The notes beneath the pieces are model-generated. The model was not told the origin of the DNA. It made no database searches and saw only the letters and a list, made by a program, of their open reading frames with translations. A program made the translations under genes and the position numbers. A DNA stretch of 59,028 nucleotides, the filler included, from Sphacelaria rigidula (taxonomy: Eukaryota): assembly GCA_964200075.2 (NCBI GenBank). It is 10 parts of 10 records of this genome, joined end to end, with 100 filler letters (N's around TTAATTAATTAA, not from the genome) between each part and the next. Parts side by side here need not be neighbours in the genome. Positions count along the whole stretch, not along the records: positions 53,217 to 59,028 come from CAXNAA020024267.1; 9 more parts are not named here. One strand, written 5' to 3'. Position 1 is the first letter of the stretch. Each line of letters begins with the position of its first letter. Positions 55,961 through 59,028 of the stretch are shown in pieces.

Positions 55961-57572
55961 CGCTCTCTGGTTTCAGCTCACTTCCGTGTGTGTACAATAT
56001 GGCGGCATCAGATGATCGGGTGAGTTGTGTTGCTCCCGCATCCTCGAGGCACGCGCCACGTGTCCTCTTCTATTTTCGATTTTGATATAAGAATTACTAT
56101 TCTAACACTAATTCGGGTACGGCCTAAAACTACAGCGATGAAACATCGAATGCTACTGTAGGAGGTCTTCAAGTATTACTACTGCCAAATGAATTTTACC
56201 GGAAACCTGTAATATACCCTGCAATATACACCGTAACATACGCCAATAATATATGCATTTAAGTAATACTGCCGTCGTACTCTCGATGCTCCCCACCCTT
56301 GAAACAGGTCCCTAGTCTTGAATGATCATCCCACCTCTCTTTCGAGGTACCCCGGCGTACACTCCATTATCGAGCAGTGAATCAGCCACCTCTCAGCCCA
56401 CCTACGTTCATCGACTTATTTTGCCAACTCCGGTTCCCCTACTCACTGACGACAAAAACTAGGAATGAGTCGAGTATCAGGATCCGAATCCACAAATTAA
56501 TTGCACCATCACTTGGCCCATTATTGTCGGTACTTTTTCGGAAGATCTCCGAATATTCTGGGACTGGCAAGGTACCTTACGACTCTCGAACGCTTGCGAG
56601 CGCCACGGCGTAAGTGCTGTGTTGCAGGCCGAATGTATCAGACTTGTCCAAAAGGAATGTACAGCTTCGGAGAAAAACTCACGCAGCTTCGTTTTCGGAG
56701 AAGTCTGAACGCAGAATCCGAAAAGTCCGAAAAATTCCGGGCGACCTCCGAACAAACAACAGTGCCGATAATAATGAGCCTTACCGATGACGTCAGTTTC
56801 GACCGCCAGGGTGCAACAGCACAGTCTACAGGCTGACGACACATCGCAGATTTGATGCTTTTCTGAGCTGCACTACCAGGTCTCTTGCCCGAAGGAAAGT
56901 GTTTACATAATTCGTGTTGCGATTTTTACCGATACTACGGGGGAACGATGCAGCTGAAGCGATCATAAATGTTTGTTTTGACAAAACCCCACGGAAGGCG
57001 ACGATAAGGAGAAATCGATGACCCCGACGACTCTTGCGTTCACGGCGCTGGGGTTTCACGTTAACCCATGATGTGTGGTGCGGGTCTAGTGATCCAAAAT
57101 CACGTCCACATCCACGAATGGCTTTTTCTTTGTTTCTTCGTTTTTCGGCATGCTTCCAAAGCCCATACGTACCCCCTTCCTCGTCATGGATCCGTGCTCT
57201 CAAGGGATCGATCCATCTCTCCCCCTGTACAAGAGTTACATTGTCGTGTGGTGGATCGACTGAATCATGGCCAGCACTGTTGCACTGCGTCGACACTCGC
57301 TCGTCAAATGAGCCGAACCTTCTTTGCTACTCACGTCCTCGCGTTTCACCGACTGAAATCAGATGCTTCTCGGAAAAATAATCGCATACATATGCCGGGA
57401 TTCGAATCCTCCCTCGTCTCGGGCTCTCACTGTTTTCAGCCGTACTAGTCGGAGCACGGGGCGTAGCGGTATTATATAGATGTATTGCACAAAAACATGA
57501 TATACAATATAAAACGACGGATATAGTGTAAGTGTCCGATTCGGCACAGGTAGATTCTGCGAAAGTGCACAC

Positions 57573-57877
57573 CTGCTTCCATCAGGCTGTCGCCGCTATC
57601 GCCTCCCAGGGCACCGACTGCTCGGGCACGGAGGGCTTTAACGGCCCCGGTAGCCCGAACGAAACGGGACTTCCCCGCCGCTGCCCGCGCGTCCGCTCGG
57701 GCTTTGTGTTTCTGCCGCAGTCGGCGGGCGGCAGATACGGCTATGCGGTTTGCGGTGCGCGCAGCTTCGCGCAGGGCGCGGGCTTCCTCCGCCTTTTTTT
57801 CATCCATGCGCAACTTTTCCGCGCACTCTCTTCGGCGCTGAAGGAGAATTTCTTGCCGCTTGACCTGGGCGTCGTGC
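57573..57877 (-). CDS. Internal exon of an unknown protein with a basic, coiled-coil-like segment. Other candidate exons near 58905-58685, 56825-56575, 54910-54615 and 54260-54060
   Basis: A GC-rich open frame HDAQVKRQEILLQRRRECAEKLRMDEKKAEEARALREAAR.. ends at a CAG|GT donor. No family recognised and the exon joins are unresolved. Confidence 0.55.
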
Positions 57878-59028
57878 CTTTTGCCGGCGGCGGGGGAGGG
57901 GGAGGAGGATGGGCGTGGGAGTGGGGGTGACGTGACGGACAAGCAGGTATAAAGTTTCGGTACATGTTCCGCAGTACATTGCAATTTCCTTCAGTCGACA
58001 GCTGATAGAATCAGAGATGTCTGTTAAAAACCTTGGGTTCACAGCTCACCGAATACCGTCGATTCTAACCGTCAGCATCGTTTTACATCCGGCGTGGATT
58101 CACTTTTTTGCAGAGATATGTCTGTCATACTCCAGCGCGTGCGTGCGTGAGCCAATAAGATGTGCTTGGTTTCCCACAGTAGGGTCGCGCACAAGAAATA
58201 TATTCCCACACATTGCTGAATCTTACAGGCAGTAGTAGTAGCATTCCATTGTGTAGTGCTTCCGCTTGTTCTATCATACAAAGTGGACATTCGGTGAAGA
58301 TTGAAATTCGTCGCCCAACCACATATTCCCGCCACATGTTTTCTTGGTGTACGGCAGACATGGTCTGAGCCTCCCGTGTACGCCTTCTTGGCGGCGTCAT
58401 ACATAGTTGGGGTCGCCATTTGATTGCTTAGTACAAGCTGTGCTCCAGGAGTTGTGAACTTCACCCAGTCTCGGCAAAACAATCCTACAATAGTACAATT
58501 GACAAGCAACCTGCGAGTAAAAATGTCCGATTTCACGATGCATTGAGCCCTAATAACAGTAATTGCGGTTGATGCTTGCCTGTATCCATCTCATCTTGTA
58601 TGGTGCATCTGCATATATGCTGTACTCAAGCTATATTTTGAGTATAACTAGGCTAAAACAAAAACGTATGTTCACGAAGTACACACCCCAGCACAAGTTC
58701 GAACATCGATCGAGGACTGTTTTCCGCAGCTGAAATTTCGACCGGGGGGTTCCACCCGTCTCCCTCCCACCATAAGACGATGGCTGCTACGGGAAGCAGC
58801 GAAGTGAACCTGGGCCTCAATCGCCTCGTTGGACATGGGTGCTACCAGATCTATATGTTCCAAGGTTTGAGTCGACTGTGTGTCTCGAAAGCAGCACAAA
58901 TATCCTGAAAAGTAGAGTGCAATCTCCCCCCTATCTTACTGGGACGCTGCACGAACCCCCCCCCCCCCCCCCCCCACCGCCCTCCCCGCCCCACCGCCCC
59001 CCCACCCACCCCCCCCGCCGCGGCTCCG

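Noticed and set aside
57300..57470. tRNA gene (B-box-like ggattcgaatccc)
   Set aside because: I could not build a cloverleaf. It is more likely a decayed SINE head.

Overview
Eukaryotic, intron-rich and transposon-rich DNA. It is probably from a brown alga or related ochrophyte, inferred from exon style, repeat types and a divergent CDC48. The window is not one locus. It is ten separate contigs of 5812-5813 bp joined by artificial 100-bp linkers (N44-TTAATTAATTAA-N44), so neighbourhoods across linkers mean nothing. Host gene fragments: a histone deacetylase (5 exons, minus), a divergent CDC48/p97 (7 exons, plus, possibly the plastid-import SELMA paralog), the last exon of a YqeH/NOA1/BPG2 GTPase, an FNIP-repeat ORF, a WW-domain exon and two unidentified multi-exon fragments. 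Mobile DNA: a decayed Ty3/gypsy-type LTR element, RTE-like LINE remnants, tRNA-derived SINEs, piggyBac-like pieces, a Harbinger-like TIR element and several MITEs. The most striking structure is a three-level transposon nest in contig 3. A 9-bp-TSD (Mutator-like) element contains an 8-bp-TSD element with CACACG ends that is built largely of 42-bp hairpin repeats, and that in turn contains a third CACACG-type element full of CCTCCGGAGG palindromes. I cannot demonstrate a new biological system from sequence alone; this nest is the best candidate.
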